Part shown: positions 8,891 through 18,463 of the stretch, in pieces
Layout of the letters: each line of letters starts with the position of its first letter
How positions within the stretch are numbered: the stretch's first letter is position 1
Source of the DNA: an uncultured Eubacteriales bacterium
GTDB taxonomy: Bacteria > Bacillota > Clostridia > Christensenellales > UBA1242
DNA length: 64,000 nt
Assembly (NCBI GenBank): GCA_949031345.1
Contig: CARNVA010000007.1
Coordinates: 8,768-72,767 of the forward strand
Direction: 5' to 3'
Translations under genes and position numbers: made by a program
Notes under the pieces: generated by a model
What the model saw: the letters and a program-made list of their open reading frames with translations, nothing else
Database searches by the model: none
What the model was told of the DNA's origin: nothing

Positions 8891-10721
8891 TTTCTCCCCT
8901 CAAGATTTTTCCTCTTTCGCGGTTTCTTAAGTTATGGTCAAGAATAATCTTTCTTATTCTGAGGCTTTTTGGTGTAACTTCCAAAATTTCATCGTCCGCC
9001 AAAAATTCAATATCATCTTCAAGACTCATCTTTCTTGGAGGTGTAAGTCTGAGTGCGTCATCAGAGCCAGAAGCACGGCAGTTTGAAAGGTGTTTTTTCT
9101 TGCAAACATTGACAACAATGTCGCCACCTTTTGGGTTTGAGCCAACGACCATACCAGCATATACAGGCATGCCCGCCTCGATAAAGAGGTCACCGCGCTC
9201 TTGAGCGTTGAACAGACCATAAACGATGGCTTCACCGCTTTCGTGAGCAACAAGAGAGCCTGTATCTCTTCTTTTGATTTCTCCCTTCCATGGCTGATAG
9301 TCATAGAACACCGAATTGATTACGCCTTCACCCTTTGTATCTGTCAAAAGCTCGCTTTTAAAGCCAAACAAGCCTCTTGATGGGATGTAAAATTCCATTT
9401 TCATACGATTTCCATGTGGAGTCATTTGAATTAACTCGCCCTTTCTAACCCCCATTTTTTGCATAACAACGCCTGTGCAATCTTCTGGAACATCAAGGGT
9501 AAGTCTGTCAATTGGCTCGCATTTTACGCCGTCAATTTCTTTGATTAAAACTTTTGGCATTGAAACTTGAAATTCATAACCCTCTCTTCTCATGTTTTCA
9601 ATCAAAATTGAAAGGTGCATTTCGCCACGGCCGCTCACCCTAAACTGCTCGGCAGTTTGTCCATCTTCAACTTTAAGAGAAAGGTCTTTGATAGCCTCTT
9701 TGTAAAGCCTTTCACGAATATGGCGAGAGGTAACAAATTTTCCTTCCTTTCCAGCTAGTGGGCTGTCATTAACCATAAATGTCATTTCCACACTTGGCTC
9801 GGCAATTTTAACAAATTCAATAGGCTCAACCACTGAGCTGTCGCAGATTGTATCACCAATTTGAACACCTTCAAGTCCAGCAATGCAGACTATGTCTCCC
9901 ATACTTGCACTTTCAACTGGCACTTTTTTCAAGCCTTCAAAGACAAACAAACTTACAACTTTGGCTCTTGTTGCCTTCTTTTCGTCGTGATAATTGCAAA
10001 GCACCACGCTTTGACCCACTTTAATTTGACCTCTTGAAAGTTTGCCTACGGCTAGTTTGCCAACATATTCGTTGTATTCAGCAGAAGAAACAAGCATTTG
10101 GCAAGCCTCTGCTTCCTCACCTTCTGGTGCAGGTATAAAGCTTAATATTTTTTCAAAGAGTGGCTTCATATCGGTGCCTCGAACATTTTGGTCTTCGCTT
10201 GCAATTCCCTCACGCGCTGACGCATAAATGAATGGTGAATCAAGTTGTTCATCACTTGCATCAAGCTCTAAGAAAAGCTCTAAAACTTCATCAACCACTT
10301 CGCTTATTCTGGCGTCTTGCCTGTCAATCTTATTAACAACAACAATGACTTTAAGTTGAAGAGCGAGTGCCTTTTGAAGCACAAAACGGGTTTGAGGCAT
10401 TGTTCCCTCATATGCATCAACAACAAGCAGTACACCGTCAACCATTTTAAGAACGCGTTCCACCTCGCCGCCAAAGTCAGCGTGTCCTGGGGTATCAATA
10501 ATATTTATTTTTGTGTCGCCATAAAGACAAGCGCAGTTTTTGGAAAGAATGGTAATTCCCCTCTCTCTTTCAAGTGCGTTTGAGTCCATAACTCTGTCTT
10601 CAATAACCTGATTATCTCTAAATACACTACCCTGTTTTAAAAGCTCATTTACAAGGCTGGTTTTGCCATGGTCAACATGGGCAATAATTGCAATATTTCT
10701 TATTTTCTCGTTTTTCATCAT
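8886..10721 (-). CDS. typA: Translational GTPase TypA/BipA
   Basis: [18 protein letters not shown] (G1), [14 protein letters not shown] (G3), NKIDR (G4). Length is 611 aa with an EF-G-like domain order. Confidence 0.95.
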   Translation of the reverse strand: MMKNEKIRNIAIIAHVDHGKTSLVNELLKQGSVFRDNQVIEDRVMDSNALERERGITILSKNCACLYGDTKINIIDTPGHADFGGEVERVLKMVDGVLLVVDAYEGTMPQTRFVLQKALALQLKVIVVVNKIDRQDARISEVVDEVLELFLELDASDEQLDSPFIYASAREGIASEDQNVRGTDMKPLFEKILSFIPAPEGEEAEACQMLVSSAEYNEYVGKLAVGKLSRGQIKVGQSVVLCNYHDEKKATRAKVVSLFVFEGLKKVPVESASMGDIVCIAGLEGVQIGDTICDSSVVEPIEFVKIAEPSVEMTFMVNDSPLAGKEGKFVTSRHIRERLYKEAIKDLSLKVEDGQTAEQFRVSGRGEMHLSILIENMRREGYEFQVSMPKVLIKEIDGVKCEPIDRLTLDVPEDCTGVVMQKMGVRKGELIQMTPHGNRMKMEFYIPSRGLFGFKSELLTDTKGEGVINSVFYDYQPWKGEIKRRDTGSLVAHESGEAIVYGLFNAQERGDLFIEAGMPVYAGMVVGSNPKGGDIVVNVCKKKHLSNCRASGSDDALRLTPPRKMSLEDDIEFLADDEILEVTPKSLRIRKIILDHNLRNRERGKILRGEI

Positions 10722-10790
10722 CTTTTCCTCTTTAAACTAATTTACTATAGCACATTTTTAACATAATTTCAAGAAATGTTTGCCATAAAA

Positions 10791-10815
10791 TAAAAAAAGT
10801 GGACACTTGCCACTT
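10791..10815 (-). terminator. Rho-independent terminator after the 10814..11497 gene
   Basis: Minus strand reads AGTGG-CAAGTGT-CCACT followed by TTTTTTT. Confidence 0.5.
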
Positions 10816-11497
10816 ATTTTAACAACCTTGTTTTGACAGCTTTAATCAAATTTTTCTTATTTTTTTCATCCTCTGCCCAAGTTAATCCGCCTGCATTTTC
10901 AGCTATTAAGCCCATTGCAAGCATGGCAAACTTAAGCATTTGCCTGTCACTTAACTCTTGATAAAACGTTTCATCCTTTTTTAAGGACTTTTCAATCAAA
11001 ATTTGAACGGGCGCTATTTCATAATTATCTATAATGACAGCTTTGATTGTCGCCTTTTCAAAAGCTTCAATTTTTTCGCCTATCGCCCCAACGCTTGTTT
11101 CTCCAATCTCTTTCATAAAAGTCTGATATTTTTCAATTTTTTCAAGATATGATTTGTTTACATGATTGTTTTTTTCTAAAAGAAAAAGTTTGTTTCTAAG
11201 TCTTTTTTTGAAGAGCTTGGCTTTGGCGAGTTTTTCTTCCAATTTGGCTTTTTTCTCTTCAAACTCTTCAATTTCACTCTTCATTTGGGTAATATCTGCC
11301 TCACTTACAACCTGCTCATCTTCAAAACTTTTACTGTAAAATTTAAAGCCAAGCTCATACAAAATATTCGCTTCATTGAAGTGCCTGACAAGCTCTTTAT
11401 ATTCTCTGTCATCTTCAAGTTTTTCCTTGGTTTTTATGAAGATAAACTCAAAAAAACATGGCTTCTGTTCAATCACTCTGAAATTCTTTTTATCCAT
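10814..11497 (-). CDS. Hypothetical coiled-coil protein (227 aa)
   Basis: ATG at 11497. The central segment is Lys/Glu-rich and helical. No recognisable family. It shares motifs with the neighbouring 225-aa protein. Confidence 0.6.
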   Translation of the reverse strand: MDKKNFRVIEQKPCFFEFIFIKTKEKLEDDREYKELVRHFNEANILYELGFKFYSKSFEDEQVVSEADITQMKSEIEEFEEKKAKLEEKLAKAKLFKKRLRNKLFLLEKNNHVNKSYLEKIEKYQTFMKEIGETSVGAIGEKIEAFEKATIKAVIIDNYEIAPVQILIEKSLKKDETFYQELSDRQMLKFAMLAMGLIAENAGGLTWAEDEKNKKNLIKAVKTRLLK

Positions 11498-11753
11498 AAT
11501 CGCACCCTATATTAAATGATATCACATAGGAAAAACAAAAGTCAAATATTGAAATAAATCTAAAAAATTCTCTTCTCTATTTTATTTTTCAATGCTGTTT
11601 TATTAAAAAAACAGAATATTAAACTTATTTAAATCAATAATTATTTAAAACAAAAAAAATATTTAAAAACAACAAAACACTATTTATTTAAATTCCCGAC
11701 AAATTTTCAAAAACCAACAAAAATTTGCTTATTTTATCTTTTATAAAAAAGCA

Positions 11754-11782
11754 ATAAAAAAGAGTGAAAAATTCACTCTTTT
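11754..11782 (-). terminator. Rho-independent terminator after the 11785..12462 gene
   Basis: Minus strand reads AAGAGTGAA-TTT-TTCACTCTT followed by TTTTATT. Confidence 0.65.
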
Positions 11783-11784
11783 GA

Positions 11785-12462
11785 TTATTCTCTTTCGTCC
11801 TCATCGGCGTATTCTTTTGATGAAATTTCTTCAATCTTAATTTCTTTTTTAAGAGACTCCATTTCTTCATTTAACACCTTTGAAACTCTTTCTCTTGCGC
11901 CAGCAATCTTTTCAACTATTATTTTTCTAAATTTATAGAGATTTGATGCACCGCTTAAAGAATAACGGAAACTTGTGCCCATAATGTCTGCTATCATAAT
12001 GTTTGCTATTTCTTGACGCACTATAGGCTCGTTATAATTCTCAAGCACAACCTCTTTAAGCATGTTTGTTTTCATCTCGGCAAGTTTGTTTGAAATTTCT
12101 TGCATGCTTTTTTCTTCCATTCCTTCCCAAATCTTATCATATTCTGCAAGCATTTCAAGACGCTTAGCAGTATTTTTGAGACGCTCTTCAAGCTCTAAAA
12201 CTTCATCTCTGCCTTTGTCTTTCTTTCCAGCAACTTTTTTAACCGTTTTTTTCATTTCGGCAATCTTGCCCGGAGCTTCTTCTACAAACCTTTTCATTTC
12301 TTCAATTTCTTCTGCAGTATAATATCTATGGGCGTTTTGATTGAAGCGATAATGCCTATCAATTCCACTCAAAATGCGGAAGCTTTCATTGAGTTTTTGA
12401 TACTCTTCATTTACAATCTCTTTTCTAAACATTTTTGCATCAAGAAAATCTGCCAGCTCCAT
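11785..12462 (-). CDS. Hypothetical coiled-coil protein (225 aa)
   Basis: SD AAGGAG lies 8 nt upstream of the ATG. Helical and charged, with no recognisable family. Confidence 0.6.
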   Translation of the reverse strand: MELADFLDAKMFRKEIVNEEYQKLNESFRILSGIDRHYRFNQNAHRYYTAEEIEEMKRFVEEAPGKIAEMKKTVKKVAGKKDKGRDEVLELEERLKNTAKRLEMLAEYDKIWEGMEEKSMQEISNKLAEMKTNMLKEVVLENYNEPIVRQEIANIMIADIMGTSFRYSLSGASNLYKFRKIIVEKIAGARERVSKVLNEEMESLKKEIKIEEISSKEYADEDERE

Positions 12463-12742
12463 AATATAATCTCCTTATCTCTTAATTCAACTATAACACA
12501 ATCTCTCTGCAAAGTCAATACAGAAGAAGTGTTCTTATTTTCTATAATTCTTTCAATAAATAAAAACTTTTAAGATGAATTATCATAGTTTTAAATTGCA
12601 AAAATTATTACATAAAAACATTTTTTTCGTTTGGTGGTCTTTAATAATTTTCATTTTATTATGGCAGTTTATTTCTTTAATTTTATTTTTTCAACTTTAA
12701 TTTGGCAGTTTAATTCATCCAATGATTTTCCACATAACCAAA

Positions 12743-12771
12743 ACAAAAAAAGTCGACAACTTTTGCCGACA
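12743..12771 (-). terminator. Rho-independent terminator after rpmE
   Basis: Minus strand reads GTCGGCAA-AAG-TTGTCGAC followed by TTTTTTTG. Confidence 0.6.
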
Positions 12772-12780
12772 TTTTTTAAA

Positions 12781-12987
12781 TTATTTAAGACCATATTTTT
12801 TGTTGAATTTTTCAACATTACCGCTGGCATCAACCACCTTTTTCTTTCCTGTAAAGAAAGGGTGACATTTGTTGCAGATATCAAGGCTTAATGAATCACC
12901 TTTAGAGCAAGACTTTGTCTTGAAAGTGTTTCCACAAGCGCAAGTTACGGTAACTTCATGGTAATCAGGGTGCATATCCTTTTGCAT
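12781..12987 (-). CDS. rpmE: 50S ribosomal protein L31 (Cys-containing, zinc-binding type)
   Basis: [20 protein letters not shown]...[11 protein letters not shown]; 68 aa; SD AGGAGGA. Confidence 0.95.
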   Translation of the reverse strand: MQKDMHPDYHEVTVTCACGNTFKTKSCSKGDSLSLDICNKCHPFFTGKKKVVDASGNVEKFNKKYGLK

Positions 12988-13049
12988 AAAATCCTCCTAT
13001 AAAATTCTTTTTAAACGATTGGGCTTTGGCAACTTTGCCATCCCACAAA

Positions 13050-13310
13050 TTAGTCACCTACATAAGGTAAAAGTGCAACATTTCTTGCTCTTTTAATAGC
13101 AGTGCAAAGCTCTCTTTGGTGATATGAGCAAACACCAGTTTGGCGTCTTGGCAAAATTTTGCCTTTTTCAGTGATATATTTTCTGATTTTAGCAACATCT
13201 TTATAATCAATTACTTTTTCACCAGCTACACAAAAAGCACAAACTTTCTTTTTTGAAGGCTTGCGAAATTTCTTTACAACAACCCTTTCCTCAGTTTTTA
13301 CTTCAGCCAT
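13050..13310 (-). CDS. rpsR: 30S ribosomal protein S18
   Basis: [33 protein letters not shown]; 86 aa; SD AAGGAGA. Confidence 0.95.
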   Translation of the reverse strand: MAEVKTEERVVVKKFRKPSKKKVCAFCVAGEKVIDYKDVAKIRKYITEKGKILPRRQTGVCSYHQRELCTAIKRARNVALLPYVGD

Positions 13311-13330
13311 TTTAATTCTCCTTTTATAAT

Positions 13331-13738
13331 TTAGAATGGTAAACTGTCATCGTCATCAATAGGTTCAAGTTCAGCAGAGCCAGTGCCAGTTGGTCTTGGC
13401 ATATCACTGCCGCCATCAGAATTTTTAGTGCTTAAAAATTCTACATCACTTGCAACAATGTCTGTTGAATAGCGTTTTGTGCCATCTTGAGCTTCGTAAG
13501 AAGAGTTTTGTATTGAGCCAACAACACAGCACTTTGAGCCTTTCTTTAAAAATTTGTGACAGTTTTCAGCCAGTCCTCTCCAAGCCACAATGTTGAAAAA
13601 GTCAGCCTGTGGACCTTCACTATTTTTTGAGAAAGGTCTTTGAACAGCAATTGCAAATCTGCAAACTGACACTCCACTGTTTGTGGTGTTGAGCTCTGGG
13701 TCTCTTGTTAAGTTTCCTATTAACATAACTTTATTCAT
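13331..13738 (-). CDS. ssb: Single-stranded DNA-binding protein
   Basis: [16 protein letters not shown]...[13 protein letters not shown], and an acidic C-terminal tip DDDDSLPF. Confidence 0.95.
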   Translation of the reverse strand: MNKVMLIGNLTRDPELNTTNSGVSVCRFAIAVQRPFSKNSEGPQADFFNIVAWRGLAENCHKFLKKGSKCCVVGSIQNSSYEAQDGTKRYSTDIVASDVEFLSTKNSDGGSDMPRPTGTGSAELEPIDDDDSLPF

Positions 13739-13777
13739 ATTTTAATCTCCTTAATTCAAGCATAACGCTTGCAAACA

Positions 13778-13813
13778 CAAACCATATGTTTGACGCAAAC
13801 CAAATGTTTGACG
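13778..13813. repeat. 18-bp tandem direct repeat (2 copies, 1 mismatch) in the rpsF-ssb spacer
   Basis: CAAACCATATGTTTGACG / CAAACCAAATGTTTGACG. Each unit contains an imperfect palindrome, CAAAC-N5-GTTTG. Confidence 0.9.
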
Positions 13814-13871
13814 ACTGTTTAGTTTTTTAGAAAATTTAATATTTCTTTTAAACTAATAAGTCGCAAAGCCT

Positions 13872-14159
13872 CTAGGCTTCTTTTTTTACAAACATTTGAC
13901 GAACAACGCCTTCGGTAATGTTCATAAGCTTGGCCATTGGGTCAACTTCATTTGAATCAAGTTGGATGTTCATCAAAACATAGAAACCTTCATTTTTAAA
14001 GTTGATTGGATAAGCAAGCTTTTTCATTCCCCATTTATCAACGCCTTCAACAACTCCGCCTTTAGAAACGATGTAAGAAGAAAACTTTGCGATAATTTCT
14101 TCTCTCTTTTCTTCGCTTGCGTCTGAAGAGATGATGTAAAGAAGTTCATACTTATTCAT
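13872..14159 (-). CDS. rpsF: 30S ribosomal protein S6
   Basis: MNKYELLYIISSD...GVDKWGMKKLAYPI; 95 aa; SD AAAGGAGG. Confidence 0.95.
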   Translation of the reverse strand: MNKYELLYIISSDASEEKREEIIAKFSSYIVSKGGVVEGVDKWGMKKLAYPINFKNEGFYVLMNIQLDSNEVDPMAKLMNITEGVVRQMFVKKEA

Positions 14160-14186
14160 ACTTTTTACCTCCTTTTGGACAAAATG

Positions 14187-14210
14187 GTCTTTCCTCTTCT
14201 TTGGAAAGAC
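14187..14210 (-). promoter_or_regulatory. 5'-UTR hairpin of the rpsF operon (candidate ribosomal-protein autoregulatory leader)
   Basis: GTCTTTCC-N8-GGAAAGAC, an 8-bp stem, lies between the predicted -10 box and the SD of rpsF. S6:S18-binding leaders are known upstream of rpsF in other bacteria. Homology to them is not demonstrated here. Confidence 0.3.
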
Positions 14211-14244
14211 AAGGATGCGGTATAAAAATAATACTGCAAGGCTT

Positions 14245-14273
14245 ATTATAAACTCATCTTAACGTTTTGTCAA
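14245..14273 (-). promoter_or_regulatory. Sigma-A-type promoter of the rpsF-ssb-rpsR(-rpmE) cluster
   Basis: Minus strand reads TTGACA, a 17-nt spacer, then TATAAT. Both hexamers are consensus. Confidence 0.6.
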
Positions 14274-14365
14274 GCATTTAATTATGTTTTGATTATTAAA
14301 TAAATTAAATTATTAAATATAATATAAAGTAAATCTTCAATCATTAAACTTTTCTCTTCATTAAA

Positions 14366-14388
14366 AACAAAAAAGGGTTTAAAACCCC
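14366..14388 (-). terminator. Rho-independent terminator directly after the 518-aa gene
   Basis: Minus strand reads GGGGTTTTAAACCC followed by TTTTTTGTTTTT. Confidence 0.55.
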
Positions 14389-15945
14389 TTAATTATTTTT
14401 ATAATCTTTTTCCCAAGTATTTAAAATGGTCAAAATTTCATTGTCAAAATTGTCACCTATTGGCATGCTTGCGATAAGCTGTCCACAGAAATTTGGTGTA
14501 AATTTAATGAAATAAACTTCCACTTTGTTGTCACCTTTTATAAACTCCGCCTTCTTAACCGTCTCGCCATTATTGAGAGAAACTTGTTTAGCAGAGACAT
14601 CGTATTCTGTGCTGTCAATACTGAGAAACTGACCTTCAACCATGTTGTTAAACATATCATCATTCTCAAACTTCGCAAAAGGTTTGATTGAAACTCTGAG
14701 TTTGTTATCCTCGCTGACAAACTCAAAAATACTGCCATTATCAGACTGAACACCTCTTAAACTCTTTGGCACCTGAAAAGCAAAACCATACTGAAAAGAA
14801 GGACAATACCAGTTTGGAGTAAGCACATTAACCTCAACCACTCTGACATCTTCTTGGCTTGTGCCAAGCACCCTTGTCATCGCAATGAGGTTTTCTTTAG
14901 CTTCTTTAACTCTTGCCTCACTTGTCTCTTTATTTCTAAGGCAAGTATCATAAAGACGCATGCAAAAGTTGCGATTTTGAGAGGTAGGCAAAACTTTCAA
15001 ATTCTTTTCCTTGAAATATTGATAGGTCTTAGCAAAGGATGGTCTTGGCACACTTTCAAAGCCTAATTTATGTTTGATATAATTCAACTCGCCATCAACA
15101 TAGGCAAAAGATTGCTCGTTGTCATCATAAAGCACTGACCATGAAAGGTAGTGTATTGCCCCTTCAATATCGCCTTCTTCAATGCAAAGCCAAGCATTTG
15201 AGCGCATATAACGGGCAAAGTCCTTGGCGTTCCAAATATAAGGATACATTTCATCAAGTGCCTGTCTGCAGTTTTTAAGGTCTCCCACCTTTTTGAAATA
15301 TTCGCATCTTTCAGCAAGTGTAGGCAGATAACATGGTGCAATTTCAAGCATCTGGGCAGCTGTATCAAGAGCTTTAGGATCAGAAAGCTCAATCTGAGCA
15401 AAGAGCTTGTGACTGAGAAGTTTAAGCTCTTTGCCACTTAGCCATTCTAGCCTCTCACCGCTGACAATTGAATAATACATAAAATCAAAATAGTCATAAA
15501 ATTGGCATACCTTAACGCCATTTTTTTCACGCGGATTGCGATATTTTTCAATATTTTTATCCACGAAATCCACCACTTCTTGCCATTTTTTCTGGTCAAT
15601 CAGCATCTGAGTGTTGATGACTGGGTCACTTTCTCTCTTCTTTTTAAACATTTGAATATAACTCTTACATTTTTCAACGACGGTGTTTTCTTCATATTTT
15701 TCAAACTCACTCCAAACAATGTTGTCGTCTTCAACTCTTGATGGAATAAAGCTTCCGCAAACACCAAAAAGCCATTCGCCGTCATCTTCAGCCTTATATT
15801 TTAAAATCACATAAGCCTCGCCGTCAAGGTCTATAACCCTGTCTATTTCCACCTCGCTTGGATAGCGTCCAAGCTCATTTTCATGAGCAAGCCATCTTAC
15901 AAAATGGTCAACCGCATATTTTTGCTGTTCTACAGTAGCGCTCAT
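14389..15945 (-). CDS. Hypothetical protein (518 aa), translationally coupled to lon; helical-repeat (TPR-like) middle region
   Basis: The ATG overlaps the lon stop (ATGA at 15942..15945). SD AAGGAGA sits inside the lon 3' end. No catalytic motif is recognised. The segment FKKVGDLKNCRQALDEMYPYIWNAKDFARYMRSNAWLCIEEGDIEGAIHYL looks like TPR-type repeats. Confidence 0.7.
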   Translation of the reverse strand: MSATVEQQKYAVDHFVRWLAHENELGRYPSEVEIDRVIDLDGEAYVILKYKAEDDGEWLFGVCGSFIPSRVEDDNIVWSEFEKYEENTVVEKCKSYIQMFKKKRESDPVINTQMLIDQKKWQEVVDFVDKNIEKYRNPREKNGVKVCQFYDYFDFMYYSIVSGERLEWLSGKELKLLSHKLFAQIELSDPKALDTAAQMLEIAPCYLPTLAERCEYFKKVGDLKNCRQALDEMYPYIWNAKDFARYMRSNAWLCIEEGDIEGAIHYLSWSVLYDDNEQSFAYVDGELNYIKHKLGFESVPRPSFAKTYQYFKEKNLKVLPTSQNRNFCMRLYDTCLRNKETSEARVKEAKENLIAMTRVLGTSQEDVRVVEVNVLTPNWYCPSFQYGFAFQVPKSLRGVQSDNGSIFEFVSEDNKLRVSIKPFAKFENDDMFNNMVEGQFLSIDSTEYDVSAKQVSLNNGETVKKAEFIKGDNKVEVYFIKFTPNFCGQLIASMPIGDNFDNEILTILNTWEKDYKNN

Positions 15946-18176
15946 AAATTTTCTCCTTTTATTTGTCCATTTTGATTGAACACAAAATCATATACCTCAT
16001 CAATTGTGTCAACATATTTTATCTTCATATCTCCTACAATCTCACTCGAAAGTTTTTCTATTTCCTTTTTATTTTTAAGTGGAACAACCACCGTTTCAAT
16101 CTTATTTCGCTGAGCCGCCAAAAGTTTTTCTTTCAAGCCGCCAATTGCAAGCACCTTTCCTTTAAGTGAAATCTCACCAGTAAAGGCAAGCTTGTGATTG
16201 ACAGGCACCTCTTTAATTGCAGAGAGCAGGCAAATCACATCTGCCACACCACCTGATGGGCCATCATGCTTGATTGCATGGAAAGGTGAATGAATATAGA
16301 AATTATGTTCATCAAACACCTTACTATCTATACCCCATTCTTCAGCCTTTGACCTGACCAGACCAAACACAGTTTTAAAGGTCCATTTAGCAGTGCCAAT
16401 AAGGTTTTCTGATAAAATCTGCTCGCCTGTGCCTTTGACAAGAGAAATTTCAAGTCGAGAAACTTCGCCGACTGGCCCAGTCACACTCATTTTGTTTACA
16501 ACGCCCACCTCATCTTCAAGTGCTACATTATAATCTTTTTCATAATATTCACCCAAAAACTCTCTTGCCTCATTGAGTGAAATGGTCACCTTTTCAAGAG
16601 GTTTTTTATCCAGATATCTTTTAATCAGATATTTCTTGCAAATATCAAGCAAAATACGTTCAAGCTGCCTCACCCCACTTTCAAAGGTGTAATCTTCAAT
16701 AAGCGAGAAAAGAGTGTCATCATCAAGAGTGATTAAATCTTCATTTACGCCCAGCTCCTTAAGGCTTTTGGTGATGATGTAATCTTTGGCAATTTTGACC
16801 TTTTCGTTGATGGAATAGCCTTCAATATTGATAATCTCCATACGGTTTCTAAGCGGCTCTGGAATAGGTTCTAAATTGTTCGCCGTCGCGATGAATACAA
16901 CGCCGCCAAGGTCAAATGGAAGGTCAAAATATTTGTCTTTAAACTCGCTGTTTTGATTTTTATCTAAGACATCCAAAAGCACGCTGTATGGGTCTCCGCG
17001 ATTGTCTGACGAGCTCATCTTGTCAATTTCGTCCATAAGCATAACACAGTTTTTGCTGTTTACTCGTGAAAGCCCCTCCATAATACGCCCAGGCTTTGCA
17101 CCAACATAAAAACGCTTCATTCCATTAAGCTCTTCAGGGCTTGTCACTCCGCCCAAACTGAAACCATAATAGTCTTTGTTGAGCGCCTTTGCAATCGACT
17201 TTACAATAGTGCTTTTCCCCACGCCTGGTGGCCCATACAGACATAAAATTTGACTTGGCGTTTTTCCGCTTATCTCTTTGAGAGCAATATAATCAACAAT
17301 CTTTTGTTTAAGCTCCTCCATACCATAATGCGTTTCGTCCAAAATCTTTCTTGCAAGCTCGACATCTGTGTTTTCTTCTTTGTCTTTATTCCAAGGAAGT
17401 GCAATCACGCGGTCAAGCCAGTCAACAATGTTGCCATATTCACTTTGTCCCGGCCTTGTCGCTTTCAACCTTGTAAGCTCTTCATAAACAATTTTTTTAA
17501 TCTCAGCCGAAAGGTCAAGCCTTTTTATAATGTTTTTATAATATGCAAAAGTATCCTGTCCTTTTTCCGCCTTTTGCTCAAAAAGTCTGGTCTCAAGCTC
17601 GGACTTCAAAATCTCTAAACGCTTTGATGCTTCTGGCTCTTCCACCAGTTTGCGTTTTGCATCCACTTCAAAACGGCAGGCAAGCACGATATTCAAAATC
17701 AAATCTTCAATATCTGTCGAATTTTTGACACCCTCAATCGCCCTCAGCCCAACATCATCATATTTAATGTATTCCTTAAAACGCTCGACAATCTCACTCT
17801 TCGCCTTTTCATGCACTGGCAACAGTTTTTGGTCGTCAAGCAGCTCAATATCAACATTTAAAGAGTTGTTTTCCACTCGAATGTTGACAACTTTGCAGCG
17901 ATGCTCACAAAAATAACCCACAGTGTAAGAATTTTTCTCTTCATCAAACCTTATGGTGTCATACTTGCAATAAGAGGCAATATGCTGACCGTTTTCACGA
18001 TAATGCTCAATGCTAAACTCAACAGGCAAAATGACAACATCACAATGGTTTTCCACCTTTGTTTTAAAGTCGTCAATCTGACTTTTCGACAAGTTGTTGT
18101 AATTGATAGAGCTGCACACCCGAACAAGAGTTGCAACATCTTTTCTGTAAAAAGCACTTATATTTTTAAAAACCAT
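15942..18176 (-). CDS. lon: ATP-dependent Lon protease (LonA architecture) with a strongly diverged N-terminal region
   Basis: Walker A LYGPPGVGKST, Walker B VMLMDEIDK, YTFESGVRQLER, protease Ser context HDGPSGGVA and Lys context GGLKEKLLAA. SD AAGGAGAGGAG. Confidence 0.9.
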   Translation of the reverse strand: MVFKNISAFYRKDVATLVRVCSSINYNNLSKSQIDDFKTKVENHCDVVILPVEFSIEHYRENGQHIASYCKYDTIRFDEEKNSYTVGYFCEHRCKVVNIRVENNSLNVDIELLDDQKLLPVHEKAKSEIVERFKEYIKYDDVGLRAIEGVKNSTDIEDLILNIVLACRFEVDAKRKLVEEPEASKRLEILKSELETRLFEQKAEKGQDTFAYYKNIIKRLDLSAEIKKIVYEELTRLKATRPGQSEYGNIVDWLDRVIALPWNKDKEENTDVELARKILDETHYGMEELKQKIVDYIALKEISGKTPSQILCLYGPPGVGKSTIVKSIAKALNKDYYGFSLGGVTSPEELNGMKRFYVGAKPGRIMEGLSRVNSKNCVMLMDEIDKMSSSDNRGDPYSVLLDVLDKNQNSEFKDKYFDLPFDLGGVVFIATANNLEPIPEPLRNRMEIINIEGYSINEKVKIAKDYIITKSLKELGVNEDLITLDDDTLFSLIEDYTFESGVRQLERILLDICKKYLIKRYLDKKPLEKVTISLNEAREFLGEYYEKDYNVALEDEVGVVNKMSVTGPVGEVSRLEISLVKGTGEQILSENLIGTAKWTFKTVFGLVRSKAEEWGIDSKVFDEHNFYIHSPFHAIKHDGPSGGVADVICLLSAIKEVPVNHKLAFTGEISLKGKVLAIGGLKEKLLAAQRNKIETVVVPLKNKKEIEKLSSEIVGDMKIKYVDTIDEVYDFVFNQNGQIKGENL

Positions 18177-18205
18177 ACTCCTCTCCTTGATTGTTTTTCA
18201 TAAAA

Positions 18206-18214
18206 ATTATATCA
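18206..18214 (-). promoter_or_regulatory. Extended -10 promoter element upstream of lon
   Basis: Minus strand reads TGATATAAT (TGnTATAAT) about 30 nt upstream of the lon ATG. No clear -35 box and no CIRCE element were seen. Confidence 0.45.
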
Positions 18215-18463
18215 TAAAAATTTAAGTTTTCCTATCAAAACACAATTTTATTTTAAATTAAATAAATTCCGTTAAATTTAAAATGTCTCTCTGTTTTATA
18301 AATAATACTTTCGAAAAGCTTGCTATTTTATTATAAATTCCCCAGCTGACATAAAAAATATCAAGCATTTTTAGTTCAAAACAATTTTCCACTCAACTTG
18401 GCTGAATTAAGTGGAATTAAAATAAAAAAAGCCTCATAAATCGTTGAGACTTTTTTGTATTTT

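Noticed and set aside
10791-10815. A 16-nt identity (AAAAAAAGTGGACACT) between the terminator at 10791..10815 and the one at 31902..31937, considered as a dispersed repeat element.
   Set aside because: Seven of the 16 nt belong to an A-run. The remaining 9-mer identity is within chance expectation for 64 kb, and the flanks do not match.
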